From the NCBI GenBank assembly GCA_052389315.1, contig JBQTIE010000033.1, positions 27,778-91,777 of the forward strand: a DNA stretch of 64,000 nt, read 5' to 3'. This document shows, one piece after another, positions 48,278 to 57,671 of this stretch (positions are counted from its first letter, which is position 1; the number at the start of each line of letters is the position of its first letter). This DNA is from Acidobacteriota bacterium. Lineage in GTDB: Bacteria; Acidobacteriota; Vicinamibacteria; Vicinamibacterales; UBA2999. Under the pieces are notes generated by a model, which ran no database searches, was not told where the DNA came from, and saw only the letters and a program-made list of their open reading frames with translations. Made by a program: the position numbers and the translations under genes.

Positions 48278-49836
48278 CGCGCGGGCTCGAGGTCCACGTG
48301 GTAGATGGTCTCGCCCGCAAGGTTGTGCAGGGCGGCTCGGAGCACTCTGGTGGTCGCCGAAATGCGAAGCGTGCCGAAGAACTGCAGTCCGGCACTCGGC
48401 GGGCGACCGGGTGTCATCCCGGCTGGAACGCCAGTGAACCTCACCTCAGGGCCGAAGGTCGAATCGAGCGGGCTCGGGCCGAACGTCCCCGCATGCAGCG
48501 GGCCCGCGACGAATTCCCAGAACGGATCGAAGTCGGTGAAGCGCGCGCGAGCCGGATCGTAGCGATGCGCGGCACAGTAGTGGACATCACCTGTCAGCCA
48601 CACGACGTTGCGGATGCGCCTCTCGCGCATGAAGCTGAGCAGGCCGGCGACCTCCAGCTCGCGGCCTCGCGGCGGGCCATCGTCGCGATTGGCCACGGCC
48701 TCGAAGTGCTCCTTCCCGTCGGGCACGACCAATCCAATGGGCATGTCACACGCAATGATCTTCCACGTCGCTCGGCTGGATTCGAGGCGATCCTGGAGCC
48801 AGGCGACCTGGGCTGCGCCCATCACACGGCTCCCCTCGTCCAGGGTCGGCTGCAGGTTGTGGCTGTTGGGCCCCCGATAGCTGCGCAGGTCCAGCATGAA
48901 CACATCCACCAGCGGTCCCGACGAGACGATGCGGTACAGGCGCTCTGTCTCCTCGTCGAAGATCGGCACAGGGTTGTACTCGACAAACGCCTGTCTCGCT
49001 CGCGCCGCCAGCAGCGCCATCGATTTGGTGGTGTACCGCGCGTCTGACGTGAGGTCGCGCGTGGGATACCAGTTGTCTCGGACTTCGTGGTCGTCCCACA
49101 AGACAGCCTGCGTCACCGCGGCGTTGAAGCGGCGCATGTGCGAATCCATCAGGTTGTACTGATAGTTGCCGCGATACTCGTCTACGGATTCGGCCACTTT
49201 GCTCTTGGCGGGGGTGACCACGTTCCGCCAGGTCGATCCGTCGTCCATCGTCACTTCCGGCTGCAGCGGTCCGTCTGCGTAGATGGTGTCGCCGCAGTGC
49301 ACGAACAGGTCAGGCTGCGCCTCGAGCATCGTTTCGTACAGCCGGAGGCCTCCGAACTCGGGATTGATTCCCCACCCCTGCCCCACCGTATCCGCCGACC
49401 AGGCGATCGTCACATCGCGGCCGGCGGTCGAGAGCGCCGTGGTCGCATGCCCGATCACTGGCTCGCTCCACTGGCGAAGGTCGGTGAGGTCTTGCAGCCG
49501 GACGCGATAGAAGAGGTTTTGGCCTTCAGGGAGCCCGCTGAGCAGCACGCGCCCGGTGAAGTCGCTGGCTGGCAGCAGCGCTGGCCCGCGCACGGTGCGC
49601 GCATCACTGAAGCGATCCGTCGTGGCGTAGTCGACAAACAGGCGCGCCGGACGATCGGCGCGGCTCCACACGAGCACGCGGCCCGGGCCGACGGGGCTGC
49701 TCGCCACGCCCTGTGGCATCGTCGGCCTGGCGTCTTGCGAGCGCACGACGCCGGGCGAGCGCGCGTGGGCGTCGCGCGTGAGCGCAGCACTGACCCCGCC
49801 AGCGATGGAAGCTCGAAGGAACGCGCGCCGATTCAC
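48274..49836 (-). CDS. alkaline phosphatase D (PhoD) family protein with Tat signal
   Basis: Start placed at GTG 49836, giving (M)NRRAFLRASIAGGVSAAL as a twin-arginine signal. PhoD-type metallophosphatase core (HCGDTIYAD, WDDHEVRDN). ATGA overlap with the downstream SSS gene. Confidence 0.85.
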   Translation of the reverse strand: MNRRAFLRASIAGGVSAALTRDAHARSPGVVRSQDARPTMPQGVASSPVGPGRVLVWSRADRPARLFVDYATTDRFSDARTVRGPALLPASDFTGRVLLSGLPEGQNLFYRVRLQDLTDLRQWSEPVIGHATTALSTAGRDVTIAWSADTVGQGWGINPEFGGLRLYETMLEAQPDLFVHCGDTIYADGPLQPEVTMDDGSTWRNVVTPAKSKVAESVDEYRGNYQYNLMDSHMRRFNAAVTQAVLWDDHEVRDNWYPTRDLTSDARYTTKSMALLAARARQAFVEYNPVPIFDEETERLYRIVSSGPLVDVFMLDLRSYRGPNSHNLQPTLDEGSRVMGAAQVAWLQDRLESSRATWKIIACDMPIGLVVPDGKEHFEAVANRDDGPPRGRELEVAGLLSFMRERRIRNVVWLTGDVHYCAAHRYDPARARFTDFDPFWEFVAGPLHAGTFGPSPLDSTFGPEVRFTGVPAGMTPGRPPSAGLQFFGTLRISATTRVLRAALHNLAGETIYHVDLEPAR

Positions 49837-49852
49837 GGATGGTCTGCGGACA

Positions 49853-50962
49853 TTACTTGAAGCGGGCCGGCACCGTGCCCAGTTCACGCGCCGAGGGCAC
49901 GCCATTGAGGGACTCGGCCTGCGACACGGCGCGGAGAATCGCGTCGGTCATCGCTTCAGCGGCCAGCGCACCGAGCATCGTGACGGTGGCCTCGCCGGGC
50001 CACCGACCCGTTGCGAGCGCGAACACGGTATCGCCGTCGCCGACCGTGTGCGAGGGCACGATGGCCTTCGAGAAGCCGTCGTCTCCCATAAGCGCGAGCC
50101 GGTGAACCTCAACCTTGCTCAATCGAGCATTGGTCGCCACCAGGCCGATCGTCGTGTTCTCGCCGGGTCGGGGCCCGGGCCGCTTGATGAGCGCGCCGCT
50201 CCGGAGGAGCTTTCGGACGTCGGCGACGCCCTTGCCGTCTTCAGTCCGCACCCCCGCCACGATCTGCCCGGTCGTCGGATCGACGACGTCCCCGACGGCG
50301 TTGACGGCGACGATCGCAGCGACCACGAGGCCGTTCGGCAGGGTGATCGCCGCCGATCCCAGTCCGCCCTTCATCGAACGGCCCAGGCCCATCTTCCCAA
50401 CCGTGGCCCCGGTGCCTGCACCGACGTTGCCCTCGCTGACGGGGCCCGTGGTGGCCGCACCGGCGGCGCGATAGCCACAATCCGCCGTCGGCCGTATCCC
50501 GGGCTTCCCTCCAAACGGCAAGTCGAACAGGATGGCTGCCGGGACGATCGGGACCACACCGGCCTGGCCGACCTTCCAGCCGATACCGCGCTCTTCGAGG
50601 AACCGGACGACGCCTTGGGCGGCGTCCAGGCCGTACGCACTCCCGCCCGAGAGCACGACGGCGTTGACCTTGTCCACCGAGTTGGCGGGGTCGAGCAGGT
50701 CGGTCTCGCGCGTGCCCGGGGCACCGCCCCGCTGCGAGACACCACCGACGGCGCCGTCGCCGTCCACGAGGATCACGGTGCAGCCGGTGGGCCGCTCGGT
50801 GAGCGTGTGATGCCCGACGCGCAGGCCGTGGACCTCGGTCAGCCCACGGCCTCCGGTGGGCGCCAAGGCCGCGCCGGGTGACGCGTCCCCGGCTTGGCCC
50901 CACAGCGGGTCTGCCCCGGACAACAGCGCGATCATGAGCACTCCGGTCAGTGTTGTCCGCAT
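49853..50962 (-). CDS. P1 (DmpA/S58) family aminopeptidase
   Basis: Start at ATG 50962 with a signal peptide. GLRVGHHT, TGCTVIL, GGAPGTRETDLL, and the GATVGK self-processing region. Confidence 0.85.
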   Translation of the reverse strand: MRTTLTGVLMIALLSGADPLWGQAGDASPGAALAPTGGRGLTEVHGLRVGHHTLTERPTGCTVILVDGDGAVGGVSQRGGAPGTRETDLLDPANSVDKVNAVVLSGGSAYGLDAAQGVVRFLEERGIGWKVGQAGVVPIVPAAILFDLPFGGKPGIRPTADCGYRAAGAATTGPVSEGNVGAGTGATVGKMGLGRSMKGGLGSAAITLPNGLVVAAIVAVNAVGDVVDPTTGQIVAGVRTEDGKGVADVRKLLRSGALIKRPGPRPGENTTIGLVATNARLSKVEVHRLALMGDDGFSKAIVPSHTVGDGDTVFALATGRWPGEATVTMLGALAAEAMTDAILRAVSQAESLNGVPSARELGTVPARFK

Positions 50963-51211
50963 GCCTCGGCCTCCGCTCGTCCTCCGAGCAACCCCACCTG
51001 CCCACCCGAAGCGACCAGACCCGCTGAGAGCGACTCGGTCGCAGACGGCCGAATGTCCGCCCTTGAAGGCCGGAATCCTGCGTCGCAGGCAGCGCGTCCG
51101 ACGACCTGTCGCTGCGTCTCGCCGACCGGCACCACCCCGTCCCCTCTCGAGGCGGAGTCTCGCTCTAGCGAGGCGAAACCATCCCGCCATGCTCGACGGT
51201 TGAGGCGCTCG

Positions 51212-54200
51212 CTAGAAGCTGTACTTGGCCGCGAGCTGCAGAATGCGGCCGTCCTCCGAACTCGTAATGCGCCCGAAGTTCGTCGTGCCGATCTGGTTTC
51301 CGGGCTGCCCGTACCGCGTCTGGTTGAACAGGTTGAACGCTTCGATCCGCAGCTGAATCCTGTGCGACTCACGGATCCGGATGCTCTTGAAGAGCGATAG
51401 ATCTGTTCGGGCGAATCCCGGCCCGCGCACGCTGTTGCGTCCCGCCGAACCAGGTTCCGCGGTATCCCGCTGGGCACGCCGCTCGAAGCAGCTGGTGTTG
51501 AACCACTGGTCGACCGTACGGGCCGCGCCTTCGTTCGGATCGCAGATCTGGTTCGGCCGGTTCGTCAGATAGCGAATGCTCGTGACCGGATCGACGACGG
51601 TCAGCGGGAACCCGGTCTGCGCCTGCACGATCCCGTTGAGCTGCCACCCGCCGAGAATGGCGGTGGCGAGCGGCCCCATGGCGTCAGGCGCCGGGAGTTC
51701 CGCATTGAAGCTCACGACAAACCGATGTCGCACATCGAACAGGGCGCCTCCTCGTTCGAAACGGAGCGCGCGATCGATCGACGCCTGATCGCCGATCGCC
51801 GCCGGGACAACAGGACGCGATTCGCCGCCGATGTTGAGACCCGACACGTGGTCACGCGCATGACCGAGGGTGTAGGACACGAGGAAGCTCATCCCACTGG
51901 AGGGCCGCATGCGGAGGCTGCCCTGGAGCGAGTCATACCAAGACCGGGCCACCGAAAAGGTCGGCCGCACGAGACTGAAGGCCGGGAAGATGCGCGCGCC
52001 GGGGACCGTCTGACCCGGGGCGAACACCCCTGGGTTGACCTCCATGAAAATGGGCAGGTTACGACCTCGTGATCCGACGTACCCGACCTCCATGCCCATG
52101 TTCTGACCCACCTCCTGCTGCCAGCTCACGTTGTAGTGCTGCGCCGAGGGCTGCGTGAAGTCTTCACCCCAGCCGATGAAGATCAGGCCGGGTGGGAAGT
52201 TGTTGGCCCCGCCGGTGACGGTGCTGAGCGGGTTGCGAAGCGTCAGGGAAGCCGGTGGCGAGTTGACCTCGAGCAGGGGGGTGAACGGCGGCGCGAGCAC
52301 ACCGTTCTGGAAGAAATCGCCCTGGCCCGCGAGGGCATCGTAGAAGATGCCCCATGCCGCGCGCAGGCTGCGGCGCCCGTTTCCACTCGGGTCCCACGCC
52401 AGACCCACCCGCGGTGCGACGTTGTTCTTGTCGGTCGCGTAGGTGCCGCGCGGCACACCCGGATCACCGGGATACACCAGCCCCGTCGGTGCCTGCGGGA
52501 AGCGCTGAGACTGCTGTCCGGGCCGGAAGGCGTTCAAGGCGTCGTTGGCGTCGACGAAGGGCACGGACACTTCGTAGCGGACACCTGCGTGGACCGTCAC
52601 ATTCGACGCCGGGCGGAATTCGTCCTGCACATAGCCCGCATACAGCCACCCGTGCCCGTCCTGCGGCGCGTTGGCGGTCGTACGCCGGAACTGGCTGGGC
52701 AGCCCGAGCAGAAAATCGGCTGCCGCATTTCCGGAGATCGCGCCGCTGAAGGTGAAGTCCCCGTTGGGGCGGTTCACGAACGCGATGAACATGTGCTCGC
52801 GCCGGACGTCGAACCCGAACTTGAGCTGATGACCCGCTTTCACCCACGTGAAGTCGTCGGTGAACTGGACGGTTTCGTTGAGCCGCTCCACGAAGGGCTG
52901 CTGCAGGTCGCCAAGGCTGAAAAAGCCGTTGATGGTGACGTTGGCCAGACCCTGCGCCGACGAGACATTGTGCGGGACGTTGATGCCGTAGGCGCTGTTG
53001 AGCAAGCCGCTGGTCTTGGCTGGGTTGGCGGAAATGCGGTTATAGGAGACACGCGCGACGTTGATCGCCGTGTTGCTGAAGACGTGCGTGTTGGACACCA
53101 TCACGTCCTGCAGCGTCGCCAGCGACGTCGTGCCGAGCGGACGCGTCGTCGGCGGCTCGACGCGCTCCGTTTCGCTGCGGATGTAGCGGCCCAGCCATCC
53201 ACTGCTGTTCGTCGCCTGATAGTCGAAGCGAACGCCCATCTGGTCGCGGTCGTCGCGCACGTTCGGCGACACGATGTATCGATTGGCGCCGCTGTTGACG
53301 CGCGGAACGAAATCGTTGAGCAGCCGCGCGGCTGCCGGGTCGATGCGATCCGCCGGGATTTGATTGCCCGGGAACGGCTGGCCCGTCAACGGGTCGCGGA
53401 TGGTCGTGGCGCCAAAGCTCCCGGCACGCTGGGCGTCGGTCAACACGACGAAGTTCTGCGTGACACCGCTCGTGTTGCGATGGCCTTCGTAGTAGCCGAA
53501 GCCGAAGAGCCGATTCCTCACGACCGGTCCGCCCAGGGCGCCGCCAAACTGGTTCTGCTGGAGCTTCGGCTTGGCCTGATCCTGCGGCGCGAAGAAGTTC
53601 CTCGCCTGCAGGGACTGGTCGCGGTTGAACTCCCACGCGCCGCCGTGGAAAGCGTTGCTGCCGCTCTTGGTCACCACGTTGACCACCGACCCCGCGCTGC
53701 GTCCGTACTCCGCCGAGTAGGAATGCGTCAGGATCTTGAACTCCTGAATGGCGTCTGGAGGCGGACGCAGCACAAAGCCGGTGTTGAACGTGTCGTTGTT
53801 GCTTGCTCCGTCCAACAGGAAGTTGTTGGATTGGTTCCGCATCCCGTTGACGTTGAACCCGGCCGTCACCGCGCCGAAGCCACCCGGTGTCGCTTCACCC
53901 GCCGCGCCGCCGAGCGCCGTGGGAGGCGCGACGACCCCCGGCATCAAGGTGCCGAGTTGGGTGAAGTTTCGGCCGTTCAAGGGCAGCTCGACGATCTTCT
54001 TCTCCTCGATCACAGTGCCAAGCGTGGCGCTGCGGGTCTCGACGAGGGGGGCGTCGGCAGTCACCGTGATGGATTCCTCGACCGCCCCGATGCTCATCTG
54101 CAGGTCCACGCGGGACGCCGTTTCAACCGTCACGGTCACCCCCTCGCGGATGACCGTCCTGAAGCCGATCAACGTCGCCCGCACGACATAGCGGCCCGGG

Positions 54201-54421
54201 GGCAGCTGCCGGACGGTGTAGTGACCATCGCCCTCGGTCACCGCCGTTCGCGTCTGGTCGGTGCCGGTATTGGTCACCTCGATTGTGGCACCCGGGACCA
54301 CGGCTCCCGTCGTGTCGATCACCAACCCGGTAATCGATCCGGTAGCCTGGGCTCCCAGCGTTACCGTGGACCACGCGAGACCGACGCACGCTCCTAGCAC
54401 GCTCAACACGACGCTCCGCAT
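51212..54421 (-). CDS. TonB-dependent receptor with N-terminal carboxypeptidase-regulatory-like domain
   Basis: Start at ATG 54421, with AGGAG 8 nt upstream. Signal peptide. GSITGLVIDTTGAVVPGATIEV (CarboxypepD_reg). Plug region (ELPLNGRNFTQL). C-terminal ..LQLAAKYSF. Confidence 0.85.
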   Translation of the reverse strand: MRSVVLSVLGACVGLAWSTVTLGAQATGSITGLVIDTTGAVVPGATIEVTNTGTDQTRTAVTEGDGHYTVRQLPPGRYVVRATLIGFRTVIREGVTVTVETASRVDLQMSIGAVEESITVTADAPLVETRSATLGTVIEEKKIVELPLNGRNFTQLGTLMPGVVAPPTALGGAAGEATPGGFGAVTAGFNVNGMRNQSNNFLLDGASNNDTFNTGFVLRPPPDAIQEFKILTHSYSAEYGRSAGSVVNVVTKSGSNAFHGGAWEFNRDQSLQARNFFAPQDQAKPKLQQNQFGGALGGPVVRNRLFGFGYYEGHRNTSGVTQNFVVLTDAQRAGSFGATTIRDPLTGQPFPGNQIPADRIDPAAARLLNDFVPRVNSGANRYIVSPNVRDDRDQMGVRFDYQATNSSGWLGRYIRSETERVEPPTTRPLGTTSLATLQDVMVSNTHVFSNTAINVARVSYNRISANPAKTSGLLNSAYGINVPHNVSSAQGLANVTINGFFSLGDLQQPFVERLNETVQFTDDFTWVKAGHQLKFGFDVRREHMFIAFVNRPNGDFTFSGAISGNAAADFLLGLPSQFRRTTANAPQDGHGWLYAGYVQDEFRPASNVTVHAGVRYEVSVPFVDANDALNAFRPGQQSQRFPQAPTGLVYPGDPGVPRGTYATDKNNVAPRVGLAWDPSGNGRRSLRAAWGIFYDALAGQGDFFQNGVLAPPFTPLLEVNSPPASLTLRNPLSTVTGGANNFPPGLIFIGWGEDFTQPSAQHYNVSWQQEVGQNMGMEVGYVGSRGRNLPIFMEVNPGVFAPGQTVPGARIFPAFSLVRPTFSVARSWYDSLQGSLRMRPSSGMSFLVSYTLGHARDHVSGLNIGGESRPVVPAAIGDQASIDRALRFERGGALFDVRHRFVVSFNAELPAPDAMGPLATAILGGWQLNGIVQAQTGFPLTVVDPVTSIRYLTNRPNQICDPNEGAARTVDQWFNTSCFERRAQRDTAEPGSAGRNSVRGPGFARTDLSLFKSIRIRESHRIQLRIEAFNLFNQTRYGQPGNQIGTTNFGRITSSEDGRILQLAAKYSF

Positions 54422-54514
54422 CACGGTGCTCCTGAGAAGATGAGGGCGGTTACAGCCCTGGAAGACATCGCCCACATTGGCGGCTCTCGCCAGACGGGGG
54501 CTCTCCGGTTCATA

Positions 54515-55789
54515 TCACATCGATCCAGTCAGGTCGAGCAAAGTCAGCGCCATGACCTTCGTGGCCAGGATCAAGTCGTCGACGCCGCACCACTCGTCGG
54601 GCTGGTGCGCCAGGTCAAGGATGCCCGGACCGTAAGCCACGCAGTCGCGAATGCCGCCAATCCGCTCGACGTGTTTGTGGTCATAGGTGCCCGGGCTGGC
54701 CACCCGTTCGGCGGGCCGTCCAACCAGCTCGGCAATATGCCGCTCCAGCGAGGCCACCAGCGGCGACCCCTCCGGCGTTCGCACGGGATGCACGACCATG
54801 AGGTCGCGAAGAGCGTACGAGAGGCCCGGCGTTTCGGCCGCGAGGCCGGCCAGCAGCGCCTCGATCTCCGCCTTCGCGCCCTCAAACCCCTCCTCCAACA
54901 GGAACCGCCGATCGAATACGGCGCGGCAGACGTCGGCGACGCACGGCGTCTGAATCCCGCCCACGGGTTGTCCTCCGCTGATGCCGTTGACGTTCAGCGT
55001 CGCGTGCCGCGCGGCCCCCGGGACGACCGGTACCGCGGTGGTCCGTTGCGCCAGTGCCGGGAGCAAGTCGCGCCGGACGCGGTCGAGGATCACGCCCATG
55101 TGGTCGATGGCACTGACCCCGAGAAAGGGCATGCTGCCGTGGGCAATTCGCCCGCGCGTCTCGACCTCGAACCAGTAGACGCCGCGGTGGCCGATGCACA
55201 CGCGATCGACATTGAGCGGTTCGGGGATGATCACGTGATCGACCCGGTCGGCGCTGACCCGGCCCGTCTGCGCCAGATACGCCATGCCGGCAAACCCACC
55301 GCTCTCTTCGTCGGGGGTGCCGCTGATCTCGATGGAGCCCCTCAGCTCGACGCCGGCCCGGCGAATGGCCTCGGCCGCATAGACGGCGGCCGCCAGCCCC
55401 GCCTTCATGTCACACGACCCCCGCCCGTAGATGCGCCCGTCGCGGACCACCGCTCCAAAGGGCTCGAGCGTCCAGCCCTCGCCAGCTGGGACGACGTCGT
55501 AATGGCCGTTCAGGTGGACAAGCGGCCGCGCGGTGCGGCCTGCGCGCAGGCCGATGACGTTGATTCGCGGGTGGCGGGTGGTGTGCTCGGGTCGGCCGTC
55601 CGCGGCCAGGTACTCCACCTGGAAGTCGCAGGCCGTCAGGCGGTCACCAAGGAGCCGCGCGCACTCCTCGTAGCACTCGCCGGGGGGGTTGACCGTGGGA
55701 ATACGGATGAGGTCGGCGGTGAAGCTGACCAGCTCGTCGGCGGCCTCGTCCACGGCAGCGAGGACGCGCTCGGGACGCGTAGCGGGCAT
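54515..55789 (-). CDS. M20-family metallopeptidase (ArgE/DapE-like deacylase)
   Basis: LNGHYDVVP, GRGSCDMKAG, SGTPDEESGG metal-binding motifs. Confidence 0.88.
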   Translation of the reverse strand: MPATRPERVLAAVDEAADELVSFTADLIRIPTVNPPGECYEECARLLGDRLTACDFQVEYLAADGRPEHTTRHPRINVIGLRAGRTARPLVHLNGHYDVVPAGEGWTLEPFGAVVRDGRIYGRGSCDMKAGLAAAVYAAEAIRRAGVELRGSIEISGTPDEESGGFAGMAYLAQTGRVSADRVDHVIIPEPLNVDRVCIGHRGVYWFEVETRGRIAHGSMPFLGVSAIDHMGVILDRVRRDLLPALAQRTTAVPVVPGAARHATLNVNGISGGQPVGGIQTPCVADVCRAVFDRRFLLEEGFEGAKAEIEALLAGLAAETPGLSYALRDLMVVHPVRTPEGSPLVASLERHIAELVGRPAERVASPGTYDHKHVERIGGIRDCVAYGPGILDLAHQPDEWCGVDDLILATKVMALTLLDLTGSM

Positions 55790-55832
55790 GCGTGACTGTT
55801 GATTACAACACAGGTCCGACTGTCCGGCGGCC

Positions 55833-57617
55833 TCAGATCCGCTCGAAATTCTTCTCTACCTCGCGCCTCGTAATGCGAAGCATGACGGGCCGGCCATGCG
55901 GGCACACGGTCGAATACGACGTCGCGCGCAACTCATCGAGGATGTGATGCATCTTTTCGAGCGTCAGCGAGTCATTGGCCTTGACCGCTGCGTGGCACGC
56001 CATCGTCGCGGCGATCCGCTTGATCGCTTCGCGGAGATCCAATCCCCGGTCCATGCCTTCCAGATCCTGCGCGAGCGCGCGCACGGCGACTTCGCACTCG
56101 TCACGTGGCAGCAGAGCGGGAACCGCCGTCACCTTCACCGCGGTGTCACCGCCGAACTCCTCGAGGTCGAACCCAAAGGCCCCGAGCGCCGCACCCCGGC
56201 CGACCAGCGCCGCGCGCTCGGCGGGCGGCAGCTCGAGCACCATCGGGATCAGCAGCCGCTGGCTCTCCAGCGCGCCATCGGTCAGCCTCTGCATGATGCG
56301 CTCGAACAACACCCGCTCGTGCGCCACGTGCTGGTCCACGATGCAAATGCCGTCGTCGTCGATGGCCAGGATGAACGTGTCACGAAACTGGCCCAGCGGA
56401 ATCAGAGGCCGTTGGGGCGCAGAACCAGGAGAATCTACGGCGGGTGCGACCGGGGCATCAGGTGCGGGTGGCGCCCCCGGGCCCGTGGGCGGTAAAGGCG
56501 CGCCGGGAACCTGAGGGGCGGATGACCACCGGCTGGGGTAGAAGCCGCTGGCGAGCACTCCTGGAATGGTGGGCGTGACCGCGCGTCCGGCCACGAGGTC
56601 GGGACGGCGCAGCTGGAGTTCGGGTGCGTCGCCGCGGCCGAGGGCATCGCCGACCGCGCGGCGCACGACCTCGTGCACGAGCGATTGGTCTCGAAATCGC
56701 ACCTCCGCTTTGGTGGGATGGACGTTCACGTCCACCCGGTCCGGCGGAATCTTCAGGAAGAGATGCACCTCGGGGCTGCGCTCACGGTTGGACGCCACGC
56801 TGTAGGCGTCGAGAATGGCGTGCGCGATCGTCTTGTCCCGGACGTTGCGACGGTTGACGTAGACGTGCTGTGGGCCGCGGGTCGGGCCCGTGTCCGCCAG
56901 GGCGGCGACCACGCCGTGCACCGACACGCCGCTTCCCTCGCGGGCGACCTCGACAAGATCCGGGCGATCCCCGTAGATCTGGTACAGGCGATCCTCCAGC
57001 CGCTGGACGGGCGGGCACTGCAGCACCCGGCGCCCCGCACTCGTCAGCGTGAACCCGATCTCCGGATACGCGATCGCGAGCTGGGTCACCAGGCGGAAGA
57101 CCTGCGTGGACTCGGCTGCGTCAGACTTCAGAAATTTCCGGCGCGCTGGCAGATTGTAGAAAAGGTCGGCGACCTCGACCATGGTGCCTTCAGGCCCACC
57201 GGCTTCCACCACCGATTCCACGAGTCCGCCGTTGACGCGGACCTCGGTGCCGCTCATCAACCCCCGGGCGCGTGTGCGAAGCCGGAAATGCGACACGGAG
57301 GCCATGCTCGGCAGGGCCTCGCCGCGAAACCCCAGTGTCTGGATGGCGCCGAGATCGTCGGCCCTTTGAATCTTGCTCGTCGCGTGCCGCTCGAGGCAGA
57401 GCCGCGCATCGTCTGGCTCCATCCCGATGCCATCGTCCTCGACGCGGATCACCTGTTTACCGCCGTACTCGATCGCGATGACCAGCCGGGTGGCCCCGGC
57501 GTCGATGGCGTTCTCGACCAGCTCCTTGACTACGGAGGCCGGACGCTCCACCACCTCGCCGGCGGCGATCTGATTGGCAAGCTCCTCGGGCAGGCGCGTG
57601 ATGCGGCCCATGGCCAT
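55833..57617 (-). CDS. mutL: DNA mismatch repair endonuclease MutL
   Basis: LANQIAAGEVVERPASVVKELVENAIDAG, DDGIGM. C-terminal endonuclease motif region (..CPHGRP..). Confidence 0.95.
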   Translation of the reverse strand: MAMGRITRLPEELANQIAAGEVVERPASVVKELVENAIDAGATRLVIAIEYGGKQVIRVEDDGIGMEPDDARLCLERHATSKIQRADDLGAIQTLGFRGEALPSMASVSHFRLRTRARGLMSGTEVRVNGGLVESVVEAGGPEGTMVEVADLFYNLPARRKFLKSDAAESTQVFRLVTQLAIAYPEIGFTLTSAGRRVLQCPPVQRLEDRLYQIYGDRPDLVEVAREGSGVSVHGVVAALADTGPTRGPQHVYVNRRNVRDKTIAHAILDAYSVASNRERSPEVHLFLKIPPDRVDVNVHPTKAEVRFRDQSLVHEVVRRAVGDALGRGDAPELQLRRPDLVAGRAVTPTIPGVLASGFYPSRWSSAPQVPGAPLPPTGPGAPPAPDAPVAPAVDSPGSAPQRPLIPLGQFRDTFILAIDDDGICIVDQHVAHERVLFERIMQRLTDGALESQRLLIPMVLELPPAERAALVGRGAALGAFGFDLEEFGGDTAVKVTAVPALLPRDECEVAVRALAQDLEGMDRGLDLREAIKRIAATMACHAAVKANDSLTLEKMHHILDELRATSYSTVCPHGRPVMLRITRREVEKNFERI

Positions 57618-57671
57618 AGCCTAGCAGGCCGACGCCCGGACGGCAGCGTGCCGGTGGTTCGGCCGCCGTCG

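Noticed and set aside
52136-54397. 753-aa plus-strand ORF
   Set aside because: Antisense shadow of the TonB-dependent receptor gene. The 671-aa minus-strand ORF at 23373-25388 is the equivalent shadow of glgX.
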